A stretch of DNA of 63,480 nucleotides, the filler included, from an uncultured virus (IMG/VR IMGVR_UViG_2049941000_000426) (Duplodnaviria; Heunggongvirae; Uroviricota; Caudoviricetes). It is 6 parts of one record of this genome, joined end to end, with 100 filler letters (N's around TTAATTAATTAA, not from the genome) between each part and the next. Parts side by side here need not be neighbours in the genome. Positions count along the whole stretch, not along the records: positions 42,684 to 59,533 come from IMGVR_UViG_2049941000_000426; positions 59,634 to 63,480 come from IMGVR_UViG_2049941000_000426; 4 more parts are not named here. One strand, 5' to 3'. The notes under the pieces were generated by a model that saw only the letters and a list, made by a program, of their open reading frames with translations, did not search any database and was not told the origin of the DNA. Made by a program: the position numbers and the translations under genes. Below are positions 53,007-63,480 of the stretch, one piece after another. Position 1 is the stretch's first letter, and each line of letters begins with the position of its first letter.

Positions 53007-53604
53007 TCAACGAAACAAACCGGACAACCACCCTAGGAACCCACCGCCCTTTTTCTTCCCCGCAGAGACAACGGGATGCGATTGGGCCGTCTCCGCAAAC
53101 GGGTACTCGAAAGCGAACCCGTTCCGTCCGCAGACATCCCTGATATTGTCGACAAGGCCGGTACAACGGGAAATCCGTGTTTCCTTGAACGTTCTCACAT
53201 AGGCTTCAGCTTCGTTAAAGACTCTCTCCAATTCAGAAGGAGACCAGCAATCCATGCTCACATGAATCCTCCCGGGAATCTCTTCCTCATATATGTCCAA
53301 CGCAAGAAAACCTCCATGGTAGGTGTCTAGCTGCATCCGTATAAGCCCTTTCTGCTCCGAAGCATCGGAAAAGCCAAAATGCCCCGCCTTCTCCAGCAGG
53401 GACGTCTTCATCGACAAGAAATCATCAACAAGGGACAGCAGGCCGCCGTACAGGAAAAAGTCCAGCACGTCTCTTCCGCAACAGGCTGTACCGGAACTAT
53501 GGATCATATGGTAATGCTCGTCTATGTCCACGTTTATGCAAACGGACCCGCCATCGAAAATCTGCAATGTATCATTATTCGAAAGACAATAAGTGACCAT
53601 TCCC
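53007..53604 (-). CDS. Hypothetical protein
   Basis: AAGGAG RBS before ATG 53604. Confidence 0.6.
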
Positions 53605-53635
53605 ATCGACACACTCCTTTCTGCTTCATTGCTAA

Positions 53636-53800
53636 ACAAAAGGGCGGCCCCCGCCGGATTGCGGGACCGCCCAACGAACTAAAGAAAAATTGGACCGGCG
53701 CATATAGCGACCGGTCCCTGTAAATAGGCTCTAACCATATTCCTGTTCTGACCGAGCCTTGTCAGAAAGGGGCGGACAAAAGAATTAACTCTCCTCCGTC
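53636..53800 (-). ncRNA. Candidate promoter-to-terminator small RNA with an H-type pseudoknot
   Basis: Promoter motif 53797..53833(-); TCTGAC-AAGGCTCG-GTCAGA loop pairs with downstream GAGCCT; ends in a GC stem plus T-tract. Confidence 0.4.
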
Positions 53801-53830
53801 ACTTTATTATTACGCATAAGGGGACTTGTT

Positions 53831-54313
53831 TTAGTCCCTGGCAAGAGCTTTCTTGTAGGACTCCTTGTCGACGAAATTATCGAGCGCACAGGTCCACAAG
53901 CTGGCATGCATGTCCTGTATGGTCCGGGCCATGATCGTTTCAAGCTGCTCCGTCACCGTCAGAACAGCCTGAGCCCTCTTGTCCATGTTGTTGAACAAGT
54001 AGCCCATCGTATAGAAACGCATAAGGGGCTTCCCTTCGACAAGTGTCTTCGGTGCCCAGGGGAAATCCTCCAGGGCGGTTGTGACAACCTCATGGGCCAG
54101 CTTAAGGGAACTGGACATGGGGTCAAAAGCCAGCTGGGCGTAACCGAAGCAAACATAGTTCGCACCCGGACAGGGAGGCTCCTGTTTCTCCGATATGTCG
54201 AGATTGAACCGGTTGTCCGGCGTGTCGATGAGCGTCCTGCAGAAAAGGGTATGCGGCCATCCCGACCAGTTATTTCCATCTTCAGCTTCAGCGAACTTTG
54301 TGAATTCCGTCAT
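53831..54313 (-). CDS. Hypothetical protein
   Basis: 160-aa ORF downstream of RNAP. Confidence 0.65.
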   Translation of the reverse strand: MTEFTKFAEAEDGNNWSGWPHTLFCRTLIDTPDNRFNLDISEKQEPPCPGANYVCFGYAQLAFDPMSSSLKLAHEVVTTALEDFPWAPKTLVEGKPLMRFYTMGYLFNNMDKRAQAVLTVTEQLETIMARTIQDMHASLWTCALDNFVDKESYKKALARD

Positions 54314-54344
54314 TTGTCATCTTCCTTGCTGTTGTGAGTTGCAT

Positions 54345-54376
54345 ATAAAAACCGCCGCCCGCCAGGACGGCGGTGT
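54345..54376 (-). terminator. Intrinsic terminator after the RNAP gene
   Basis: ACCGCCGTCC..GGGCGGCGGT-TTTTAT on the minus strand. Confidence 0.6.
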
Positions 54377-54408
54377 AAAGATACATACGGAACTCTATTT
54401 ATCCAGTC

Positions 54409-56582
54409 CTACTGGAGTTCCTTGATGATGATATTGTCGTCAACCTTTATCTTACCGGCGCGGTAGGCGGCCTTGGCCTCCTCGTAGGTGTTGAAGACGG
54501 CCTTGGGGGGAGCAGGTATCTTGCGGGATGAGAGGAAAGCACCAGAGATAAGTTCCTCCTGCATCTCAGGCATAGCCTTAAAATCACGAGCGGCGAGCTG
54601 GTTCTTACTTGGGGTCATCAGCCTATAAGCTTCTTCAACAGACTTATTAGATACAGGTACATAATATGTCATGACATCTCCGTCACTATCTGAGTTGTAA
54701 CCCTTTCCAACTAAAGGATTTAGCATCAAAACATTTCCTGCTATAAGTTTTGGTCTAAATGCCTGTACAGAATATTTATGTAATGCCGGAGCTCTAGTAG
54801 CTATCAATGGCCTTTCCGACATAACCTGTCTCATGGCCTCTTTCGCAGAAGGTGTCCTCTCTACAACAGACTTAGTCGCCTGCAATGGACTCATTCCACC
54901 CTGTACAAGTTTCCTAATCGTAAAATCTTTATATAGATCCCATGCCTGATTCTCCGGCATCCCTATCTCATCTAGACCTAGTCTGGGGTCAACATCAATG
55001 ACGCTCCTACCAGCGACATCCAGCTTGCCCCCTACGACAAGCCGCTGGAATCCGCCGCTGTTCCCTCCCACCAGCGTCTTCCCGTTTCTCCGGGTGATGA
55101 TGAGACCGTTGTCGGTGGTTACACAGTGAACGAAGCCGTCGTATTTCTCGAATGAGACGTCATTGGCCTTGAACCCCACTTCCCGTAGTCTCCGATCGTC
55201 GTCCATGGAGAGCATAGTCCCCTCCCCAAACCGGACGAAGGTTACGGTGAAAGCCTTTCTTGTATCCCAGAATCCATCCGGATCCTTCATGAGGAGACTG
55301 TGGTTCAAGGTAACCAGAGTATCCACATTCTCATTGCTGATACGGACCATGTCGCCTGTGTACTGCTCATGGGTTATGTCCTTCGGGTACTCATAGGAAA
55401 TCTCCAGCGATGACGGGTTGACCGTGGCGACCTTGAACTTCGCCTCGCGATATTCCTTGAAGGGGATCCAGCCGACCTCGGTGAGAATCTCGGTCTGGTC
55501 GTCGTGACACTTGGGGGAACCTTTCCCGAACACCCACTTCAGAAGCCCGCTGACACCGCTTTCCTTCAGCTTTGTGTCATTGGGTTCCGCCAGTCCAGTG
55601 ACAGCCCTGAAGGCGTCCGTGACTCTTTTACGGCCATATCCTAGCAGTTCGTCCGGAAGACCCGCTTCCTTCGCTTCCCTCAAGTCATCCCTCGCGTCGA
55701 GAAGCTCCTTGTACAGGTAGTTCGCGTCGGCCACCATGTTGAGGTCGCCGGAGCGGGTAATCCTTCTATAGCGCGGAGGAAGAACGGGAAGTTCGTCCAG
55801 CATGAACTGGTCGGGGGTTGCGTTGTGCTGTTTCATCGCCGAGGCCCAACGGAGAGTCTTGACAGCCTTGTCACGACGGGAAGCCGGACCGCTTCTGATG
55901 GTGTTCTTCGCGTTCTCAATCATATTGTCGAGGTTGAGCGAGGCGAGTTGCTTCCTTAAACCTTCTCCACCGGTCATTCCATTCGGGAGCCTCTTCTGAC
56001 CGGACAGGACATCGTCTAGTTCAGCTTTCTTCAGAGTCAGGAAATTACAGACCACATCGTCCATGATGGGGTTCAGGACAGGCTCATCCAGAGGAATGTA
56101 CGCCCACTGGTCGCCGTCGGGCCCGAAGATCGCCGGGTCGAAGAGGCCGCCCTTCATCGGAAGGAACTTCTTGTCGTCGTACGTCGAGGCGTTCTTCAGT
56201 TCGGTACGGGCAAGCTTGCGGACATCACCGTTCGTCAGGGCGAAAATATTCGTATTGTCGCCGTCCCTTGTCACATGGACGCCCGAGGCCTCCAAAGAGG
56301 CTAGGAAACGCTTGTAGATAAGAGGGGTGCCCGGCATGGAGGGGGTTCTTCCCATCTTGAAGTCACGCCAGAAATCGGTGTTCCTTTGTCCCTTGATGAG
56401 CTTCATGTCCTTCAGGACTTCAGAGGCCCCATGACCGGCGAAGGCACCGAGCACAAGACCACCGAGGGTCTTGGCGCCATCATGGCCGCCTGTGGCTGGT
56501 TGTTCATCAGAAGTATAGGAGCCCGTGGAGCGAGCGCCGCCCTTCGATTCGGAGGTGTGGTGGAACTTGGTAACATAGGAGT
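54409..56582 (-). CDS. rpoC: Phage RNA polymerase: beta C-terminus fused in frame to beta' N-terminal/catalytic part
   Basis: KFHH..KGGARSTGSY..QP..GAKTLG (beta) continuous with GGLFDPAIFG, LPVLPP.YR, GKLDVAGRSVI, RAPALH, YNSDSDGD (beta'). Confidence 0.88.
55060..55509 (-). mobile_element. Mini-intein (150 aa, no endonuclease) in the RNAP beta' region
   Basis: K|CHDDQTEILTEVGW...VTLNH...YDGFVHCVTTDNGLIITRRNGK...GN|S; Cys1, terminal Asn, Ser+1. Confidence 0.88.
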
Positions 56583-56592
56583 NNNNNNNNNN

Positions 56593-59533
56593 TCTCTGAG
56601 GTGTGGTGGAACTTTGTCACATAGGAGTTGCCCACGAAGATACCGGGAATGGTCTCTCCGGTTTCGGGATCTATGATGTCCTCACGGTCAGTAAGGCCGG
56701 CATCCTTTAGTTCTTTCTGCGCGAACTTAACAAGATCAGTACCGAAGCCCGGTAGCACATATCGTTTTCCTGTTTTCTCAGCCACCTTACCTAATGATGC
56801 TTCGATAAGTACGGCGCTATTCACGCGGCTGGCGATTCCGGTAGGGCTAAACATAATATCTATGATATGTCCGTCCTTGNNNNNNNNNNNNNNNNNNNNN
56901 NNNNNNNNNNNNNNNNNNNNNNNNNNNNNNNNNNNNNNNNNNNNNNNNNNNNNNNNNNNNNNNNNNNNNNNNNNNNNNNNNNNNNNNNNNNNNNNNNNNN
57001 NNNNNNNNNNNNNNNNNNNNNNNNNNNNNNNNNNNNNNNNNNNNNNNNNNNNNNNNNNNNNNNNNNNNNNNNNNNNNNNNNNNNNNNNNNNNNNNNNNNN
57101 NNNNNNNNNNNNNNNNNNNNNNNNNNNNNNNNNNNNNNNNNNNNNNNNNNNNNNNNNNNNNNNNNNNNNNNNNNNNNNNNNNNNNNNNNNNNNNNNNNNN
57201 NNNNNNNNNNNNNNNNNNNNNNNNNNNNNNNNNNNNNNNNNNNNNNNNNNNNNNNNNNNNNNNNNNNNNNNNNNNNNNNNNNNNNNNNNNNNNNNNNNNN
57301 NNNNNNNNNNNNNNNNNNNNNNNNNNNNNNNNNNNNNNNNNNNNNNNNNNNNNNNNNNNNNNNNNNNNNNNNNNNNNNNNNNNNNNNNNNNNNNNNNNNN
57401 NNNNNNNNNNNNNNNNNNNNNNNNNNNNNNNNNNNNNNNNNNNNNNNNNNNNNNNNNNNNNNNNNNNNNNNNNNNNNNNNNNNNNNNNNNNNNNNNNNNN
57501 NNNNNNNNNNNNNNNNNNNNNNNNNNNNNNNNNNNNNNNNNNNNNNNNNNNNNNNNNNNNNNNNNNNNNNNNNNNNNNNNNNNNNNNNNNNNNNNNNNNN
57601 NNNNNNNNNNNNNNNNNNNNNNNNNNNNNNNNNNNNNNNNNNNNNNNNNNNNNNNNNNNNNNNNNNNNNNNNNNNNNGGACTTCCGGTTTAGGGGGAAGT
57701 TGTTGTAAAGGGAATAGGAGCGTTTCGTTCCGTCGGCCTGGAGAATGGTTATGTCGTCCTTGGTGACCTTGACGACCTTTCCGGGCTGGTCGGCCCTTAC
57801 CGCGCCGAGGATATGGGAATAGGCCTCCTCCATGGACTTGCCGGAGCCATCCGGATCGAGGGACTGCACATAGGGGGCCATACGGTCCTTGATGGACATG
57901 GCCTGCGTCTGGTGCTTCTGGGCCATCAGAAGACGGCCGGCCTTGATACCGCTCTTGATCGGGACAAAGTTCGAGGTTGTCGCAAAAAGGGAGTCGCCGC
58001 TGGGAACAAAATAGGGAACCTGACTCTTGGGGAGATACTGGATGGAGTTTCCGACCATCGCCGGAATAAGAGTCGATTTGGAAGAGATATATTCCGGATA
58101 GCTGACAGGAACCTTGCTGGATTCCAAAGTCGATAAATATTCCTTCTGTCCAGTTCTTGCATTGATAAGCGGTGAGTACATCAATCCATCTGGCCCACGC
58201 ATAGCAGACTGGGCAATCTGGGTGTCCAATCCTACCCGGAGACTTTCGGGACTAGCGACCGGGTCGATGAATCCCTTGTAGGTGTTGTGCACCAGTCGTG
58301 CGGACATAGGAGCGGATTCAATGGAGCCGATGCCGCCTTCGCCCATTCGCGTGACCATCGTGGCACGCTTGTATGCGTCCAGGAGATTGGTCTCCTCAAT
58401 GGCCTGCGCCAGGTTGGACTCGTTGAACAGGCCGTCCACATATTTCGACAGGGGGGACGACGGGATCTTCTGGGCGTCACCGTACCGGCTGACACGCCAC
58501 AGGAGGTTCCTCAGAAGACCGCCGGCATCGAGCCGTACACGCTCGGAGATGAAGTCTGCCGGTCCGAAGAAGCGCTGGTTCTCCATGGAGTCACGGTTGT
58601 CGCCGGAGTGTTCGCCTTTCGCAAGGCCGATAAGNNNNNNNNNNGCGAGAAGAAGCTGGGGGTCTACCTTCGTATAAGCCGTCCCGAAGGTGGCCATCGT
58701 GTTGTCCGGATTGAGTTCTCCTCCTAGAACGTCCTTGGCCGCCTTCTCCCAGGGGTCGTTCGGGTCCTTCGGCTCGTCGGCCGCCGTCTTGGGCTTGTAC
58801 CAGCCGCCCTGCTTCAGGAAGGCGTCCTTGTTGACCTTGTACATCTCGTCGCCCCATGCCGCCTTCAGCTCATCGTCGGAGACACCGAGATGCTTCAACA
58901 AGGGGTAAAGGTCGTAGTTCCTTGTCCCGACCGTCACCCGGAAGACCGGTTTGGCGGGGTTGAGCTGCATCATGACCGTGTTGCCCGTTCCCGGACGTGC
59001 GTTGATGTGAGCCTTCGCTATGTTGTCCTCGCCCATCCTTGTATAGACACCGGGGACTAGACGCATCTGGAGGGGAAGGGTNNNNNNNNNNATACCTGCT
59101 GACACGCCATAGGAGGTTCCTTAGAAGACCGCCCGCGTCAAGCCGTACACGCTCGGATATGAAGTCTGCCGGTCCAAAGAAGCGCTGGTTCTCCATGGAG
59201 TCGCGGTTGTCGCCGGAATGCTCTCCTTTCGCAAGGCCGATAAGACGCTTACTGGATGCGAGAAGAAGCTGCGGGTCGACCTTGGTGTAGGCCGTCCCGA
59301 AGGTGGCCATCGNNNNNNNNNNAGTTGTTATAAAGGGAGTAGGAGCGTTTCGTTCCGTCAGCCTGGAGAACCGTGATGTCGTCCTTGGTCACCTTGACAA
59401 CCTTCCCGGGCTGGTCTGCACGGACGGCACCCAGGATATGGGAATAGGCCTCCTCCATGGACTTGCCCGATCCGTCCGGGTCTAGGGACTGCACATAGGG
59501 GGCCATACGGTCCTTGATGGACATGGCCTGCGT
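56593..59533 (-). CDS. rpoB: Phage RNA polymerase beta-like region (fragments, two alleles, large gap)
   Basis: RDSMENQRF, TRMGEGGI..ARLVH..GFIDPVASPES.RVGL, RLLMAQKHQTQA, SPTGIASRVN, IFVGNSY. Confidence 0.85.
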
Positions 59534-59633
59534 NNNNNNNNNNNNNNNNNNNNNNNNNNNNNNNNNNNNNNNNNNNNTTAATTAATTAANNNNNNNNNNN
59601 NNNNNNNNNNNNNNNNNNNNNNNNNNNNNNNNN

Positions 59634-62373
59634 TCAGACCCGGAGTTAAGACGGAACGCCATATCGGTAGCATTGTCGCTTGAGTTCGTAGTAGCTTTAT
59701 ATCCAGCCATGAAGTAAGTCGGTGTTACTCCAGAAGCATTGGATATTTTAGCTGCATTGGTAATGGCAAACGTCCTGTAAGCATATTGAGTACCGTCAGC
59801 ATTGGGCGTCCACGTCTCATTCCCCGTGAACGTGTAGCTACCTATTCTAGTTGTAATCTTACCTGTAACAGCTTCAAGTTGGTCATAGACAGAACCTGGG
59901 ATACCCTTCAGCAGCCCTGCAGTAGCTGTACCCCCATTGTAGCCATTATCACCTTGCACCTGTATGGTTGTGTTATCACTACTGACAACCTCACCAGCAT
60001 TATAAGCCGTGTAGTCGCCGTACATCCCTGTATCAGCAACAAGAGCATTCCAAGTTGTAATAGGTGTGATAAGACTTGACACACCATTATACAGCATGGT
60101 AAGGTCAACAATCATGTCAACACCACCTGTGACATGCTGTGTAGTACCATCGGTAACAACTTCTGTAGTGTTGTTGATCTTGGTTATATATGTTCTACCA
60201 GATGTAAGAGGAACATCAAAGGATGTACCATCATAACCAAGGTCTAAGGATGAGAGTGTTCTACCACCATCTGTTTGGATAGCATTGTTGTTGCCAGCTT
60301 GGAGCGAGATTTGCGCAGGAGTGGACTGGGAGGTGGTGGGGGTGGCCTTCTCGTAGTAGAGATAGACGCCAGACATGGCGGTTTTAAATGTGGTGGCGTC
60401 AGAATAAGAACTATCTTGCACATAAACATTACATCCGATATCCCAGTAAGCTCCCACAGCCATTGTTTTGTCATTGGAAGCTTCAGCAACAGCACCATTG
60501 GCTACAACAGGGTATTTAGCACAGATGGCGTTCCCTTTTCCTCCTGAACCTGTAACGGCTACGCCATCGCTTATACTTGCTTGAAATAATGTCGTTCCAT
60601 TCGCATTCCTAGTTATCCATTTCAGCGTCCCCAAGTCCACACTTGCCATCTTGTGCGTCGTCACCCCGTTTACCGCCTCGAACTCGTCCGCCGCGTTGCC
60701 GACGGCGAAAAGCTCCTGCGGTGAGGTCGCAGTCCCGCCGTCGTGGTAGGGCTCGTAGGAGGTGGCGGAGCCGAGTTCGATTTGCAAAGATTTAAAATAA
60801 GTATTATAAGTTTTGCTACCCCATCCCAACGTCACTCTTACGACTTGCTTATTTGGATTAGATGTCAAAGTATATGAACGGAATGTATCATCTCTATATG
60901 TATCAATCAATCTATCTCTTGTGTCATCGGAATACACTATTACAAGATATACTCCATTGGTTGATAATCTAGAATCCGATTTTATCTGTGCTGATAAAGA
61001 TATTTGTCCAGAAAATTGTTTTGGGAATATAATCAAATTGGTAGGGGCAGAACCTGCACCATATGAATAACTCCCATCACTTTCAAGAACTGCTCCCATA
61101 TCCAGCATTGTTTGGGGATTACACAGATTCTTCCCGCTTACCTTCACCGTCGGCTGCACCCCTTCAACAGTCCCCGTGTTGTACTCCACATACTGTGCGA
61201 AGCGCGGGTCGTAGGCGACGAGGTCGTCCCACGAGGTGATGCTGTCGATGAGGGTCTGGTCGCCGTTGAAGTACTGCGTGAGGTCAACGAGCTGAATCCA
61301 ATCTATTTGTATTGCGTCATAGTTAGCAGTACGCGTGTCAATAATACCAATGGAACTGAACGTTGCGTCAAAAGTTTTCATGACTGTGCCAGATATAATC
61401 TGCCAGTCAGTTGTCTCTGCTGTGAAGCCAACATTTTCACCACGATAACGCACGGCAACCTTGGTAGTTGCAGTCGTAGTTTTCACGCAAGCTGCTGCAA
61501 GATAAGTATGATTTGCTATTCCTTCTTTTGTCTGATATACTTGATAAGTATTTCCAGTAGACGTAAAATAACAATAGCCATCGGAGTATGTGGCCATATT
61601 GTCTATAGAGGTAACCCAGTTGCTTGAACCATCAATAAAGTCCCCATTCTGTACCATCTGGTTCACCACCACCGACCTCGGAGCCGTCATCCGCAACGCC
61701 AGAGCGTCGCCAGCGACAGCGTCCGTGACTTCCACAACGCCAGTCGAGGAGCTCCCTTCCTTCTCCACTGAAGCAGGGACAAGCTGGTTCCTCACAAGCG
61801 ACCGTCCCTTGATGTAGGTATGGTCGATGTCACCCGCTACCGAGACAGGGCTTGTCACGACTCCCTGCCCGAGCTCCTTGACGACCTTGCTGTCACCCAC
61901 AAGCTGGTTCTTCACATAGGTAGTGCCTTTCAGCAAAGTCGGATCAGCTGTGCCTTCGTCCGAGATGCTGACATCCCCACAGGCCGTGTCGAAACCGAAC
62001 TTCCTGTTGGTGGAGGGAGCCCTATCGTCCACGAGGTTGCCGGCCGTGCCGGCGTGCAGCGTGTCGTATGAGCCATTCTGAAGCGCCACATTGTCAGAAG
62101 GGATACCGCTGTCTGTCAGATTGCCGGTAGAGTCAAGTCCAGCTAGATCACCAGCTGTTGCGTTCAAAACCTTGTCGGCCTTTCCATCCGGTGAAGCCTG
62201 ACGCGCCTGCTCGGCCCAGTACTTGGCGTTGTTCGTATCCTCGTCGTCGCGCACGCCGGTCTCGCCGACAGCCCAGCTCTCGGCCAGCTTGGCCTGCGCC
62301 GCAGCGTTCTGCTCGGACTGCTCGGCGGCAGCGGCGGACGAAGCTGCTTCAGATGCGTCCTCGGCGACCTTGG
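59634..62373 (-). CDS. Tail fibre/receptor-binding protein, central part
   Basis: NAKYWAEQA, beta-rich Thr/Ser/Gly domains, IQIELGSATSYEPY-type motif, GKNLCN; truncated at a gap. Confidence 0.75.
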
Positions 62374-62384
62374 TNNNNNNNNNN

Positions 62385-63275
62385 AGATGGCGGACTGCTC
62401 GGCCGCTGTCGCACTGTTGGCCGCGGAAGTTTCACTGGCGGCCGCGTTCTGTTCGGATGTCTTGGCCTTGCCTTCGGAGGCGAGAGCGGCCGCTGCCGAG
62501 ACAGCTGCGGCACCTGCTGATCCGGATGCGGAGTTCTTGTATGACAACGCGTTCGCCTCGGACTGCGCGGCGTTCTGCTCGGAGGTCTTGGCCTTGCCTT
62601 CGGAGGCAAGCGCGGCAGCAGCCGATGCGGCTGCTTCGCTCTCACTTGTAGCGGCGTTCAACTCGCTCTGGGCGGCCTCGCCCGCCGACGTCGCGGCGTC
62701 ACGAGCGGAGCCGGCGGCTTCACCGGCTGAGGTGGCGGCGGCCGTTTCAGAATCAGCCGCGTTCACCTCGGACGCATGTGCCTCGACCGCGCTTGCGGCA
62801 GCGTCCGCGGCGCTTCCGGCGGCCGCCACCNNNNNNNNNNNNNNNNNNNNNNNNNNNNNNNNNNNNNNNNNNNNNNNNNNNNNNNNNNNNNNNNNNNNNN
62901 NNNNNNNNNNNNNNNNNNNNNNNNNNNNNNNNNNNNNNNNNNNNNNNNNNNNNNNNNNNNNNNNNNNNNNNNNNNNNNNNNNNNNNNNNNNNNNNNNNNN
63001 NNNNNNNNNNNNNNNNNNNNNNNNNNNNNNNNNNNNNNNNNNNNNNNNNNNNNNNNNNNNNNNNNNNNNNNNNNNNNNNNNNNNGGCTTTCTGCTCGGAG
63101 AGGGCTGCGGCATTTTCACTTGCCTTCGCATGCTGCTCTGATGTCAGAGCCTCCGAGGCGCTCCGGGCGGCATTCTCCGCCTGGCGTCGGGCCTCCTCGG
63201 CGGAACCGCCTCCCTGGCTTGCGGCGGCTTTGGCCTCTTCCATGTAGTATTTTGAGTTATCTGTATCTTCTCCCT
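62385..63275 (-). CDS. Tail fibre N-terminal Ala/Ser-rich coiled-coil repeats (allelic fragments)
   Basis: Repeated SEQNAAASE / ALASEGKAKTSE; DNSKYYMEEAK. Confidence 0.75.
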
Positions 63276-63480
63276 NNNNNNNNNNCCACTGCGACAAATG
63301 CCACTCGACACCCTTCTCCTCGTAGGGGAACCACTCGTAGTCGGGCTCGCCGTAGTTCTTGTAACCACTCCAGCACAGATGAACGCAGGTGTCGGTATCA
63401 TTGCCGCCGACCACGGTCAGCGTCCCGTTGTTCACAGGGGTGAAGATTCCCTTGTCGTCGATGTCGAGATCCTCGGCGTT

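Noticed and set aside
1..63480. Stop-codon reassignment or a CRISPR array, both seen in some jumbo phages
   Set aside because: Conserved genes are intact in code 11 and end in TAA, TAG or TGA; no repeat-spacer array seen

Overview
Part of a large (probably jumbo) dsDNA tailed-phage genome, moderately GC-rich, likely infecting an anaerobe since it carries a class III RNR. The window is not one contiguous molecule. It is a concatenation of short strain-variant fragments joined by 10-N spacers, longer N gaps and TTAATTAATTAA linkers, so many genes appear split, inverted or as two alleles, and many ORF-track entries are chimeras. Recognisable content: (1) a phage multisubunit-type RNA polymerase in which beta runs in frame into beta' (catalytic motif NSDSDGD, 150-aa mini-intein); (2) anaerobic RNR NrdD with two ATP cones, followed by a CxxC NrdH-like redoxin; (3) a LigD-type phosphoesterase domain and an ATP-dependent DNA ligase, whose 5' end was invaded by a NUMOD4-HNH endonuclease that duplicates and recodes the host N-terminus; (4) a putative late/virion-cargo cluster of three GHSxGG alpha/beta hydrolases and proteins sharing K-x-A and 'YKEA' leader motifs; (5) tRNA-Arg(CCT), a tail fibre, a P-loop kinase, a minimal ABC-type ATPase, an LPD28 protein and many small paralogous hypothetical genes. 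Non-coding signals: two repeated promoter-like motifs, a repeated CAACGCGTTG-core palindrome, several structured or pseudoknotted RNA candidates (one with covariation between two alleles), and a ~210-bp strain-specific insertion bearing a TnpB omega-RNA-like motif with no tnpB. Family assignments come from motif recognition by eye, not database searches.
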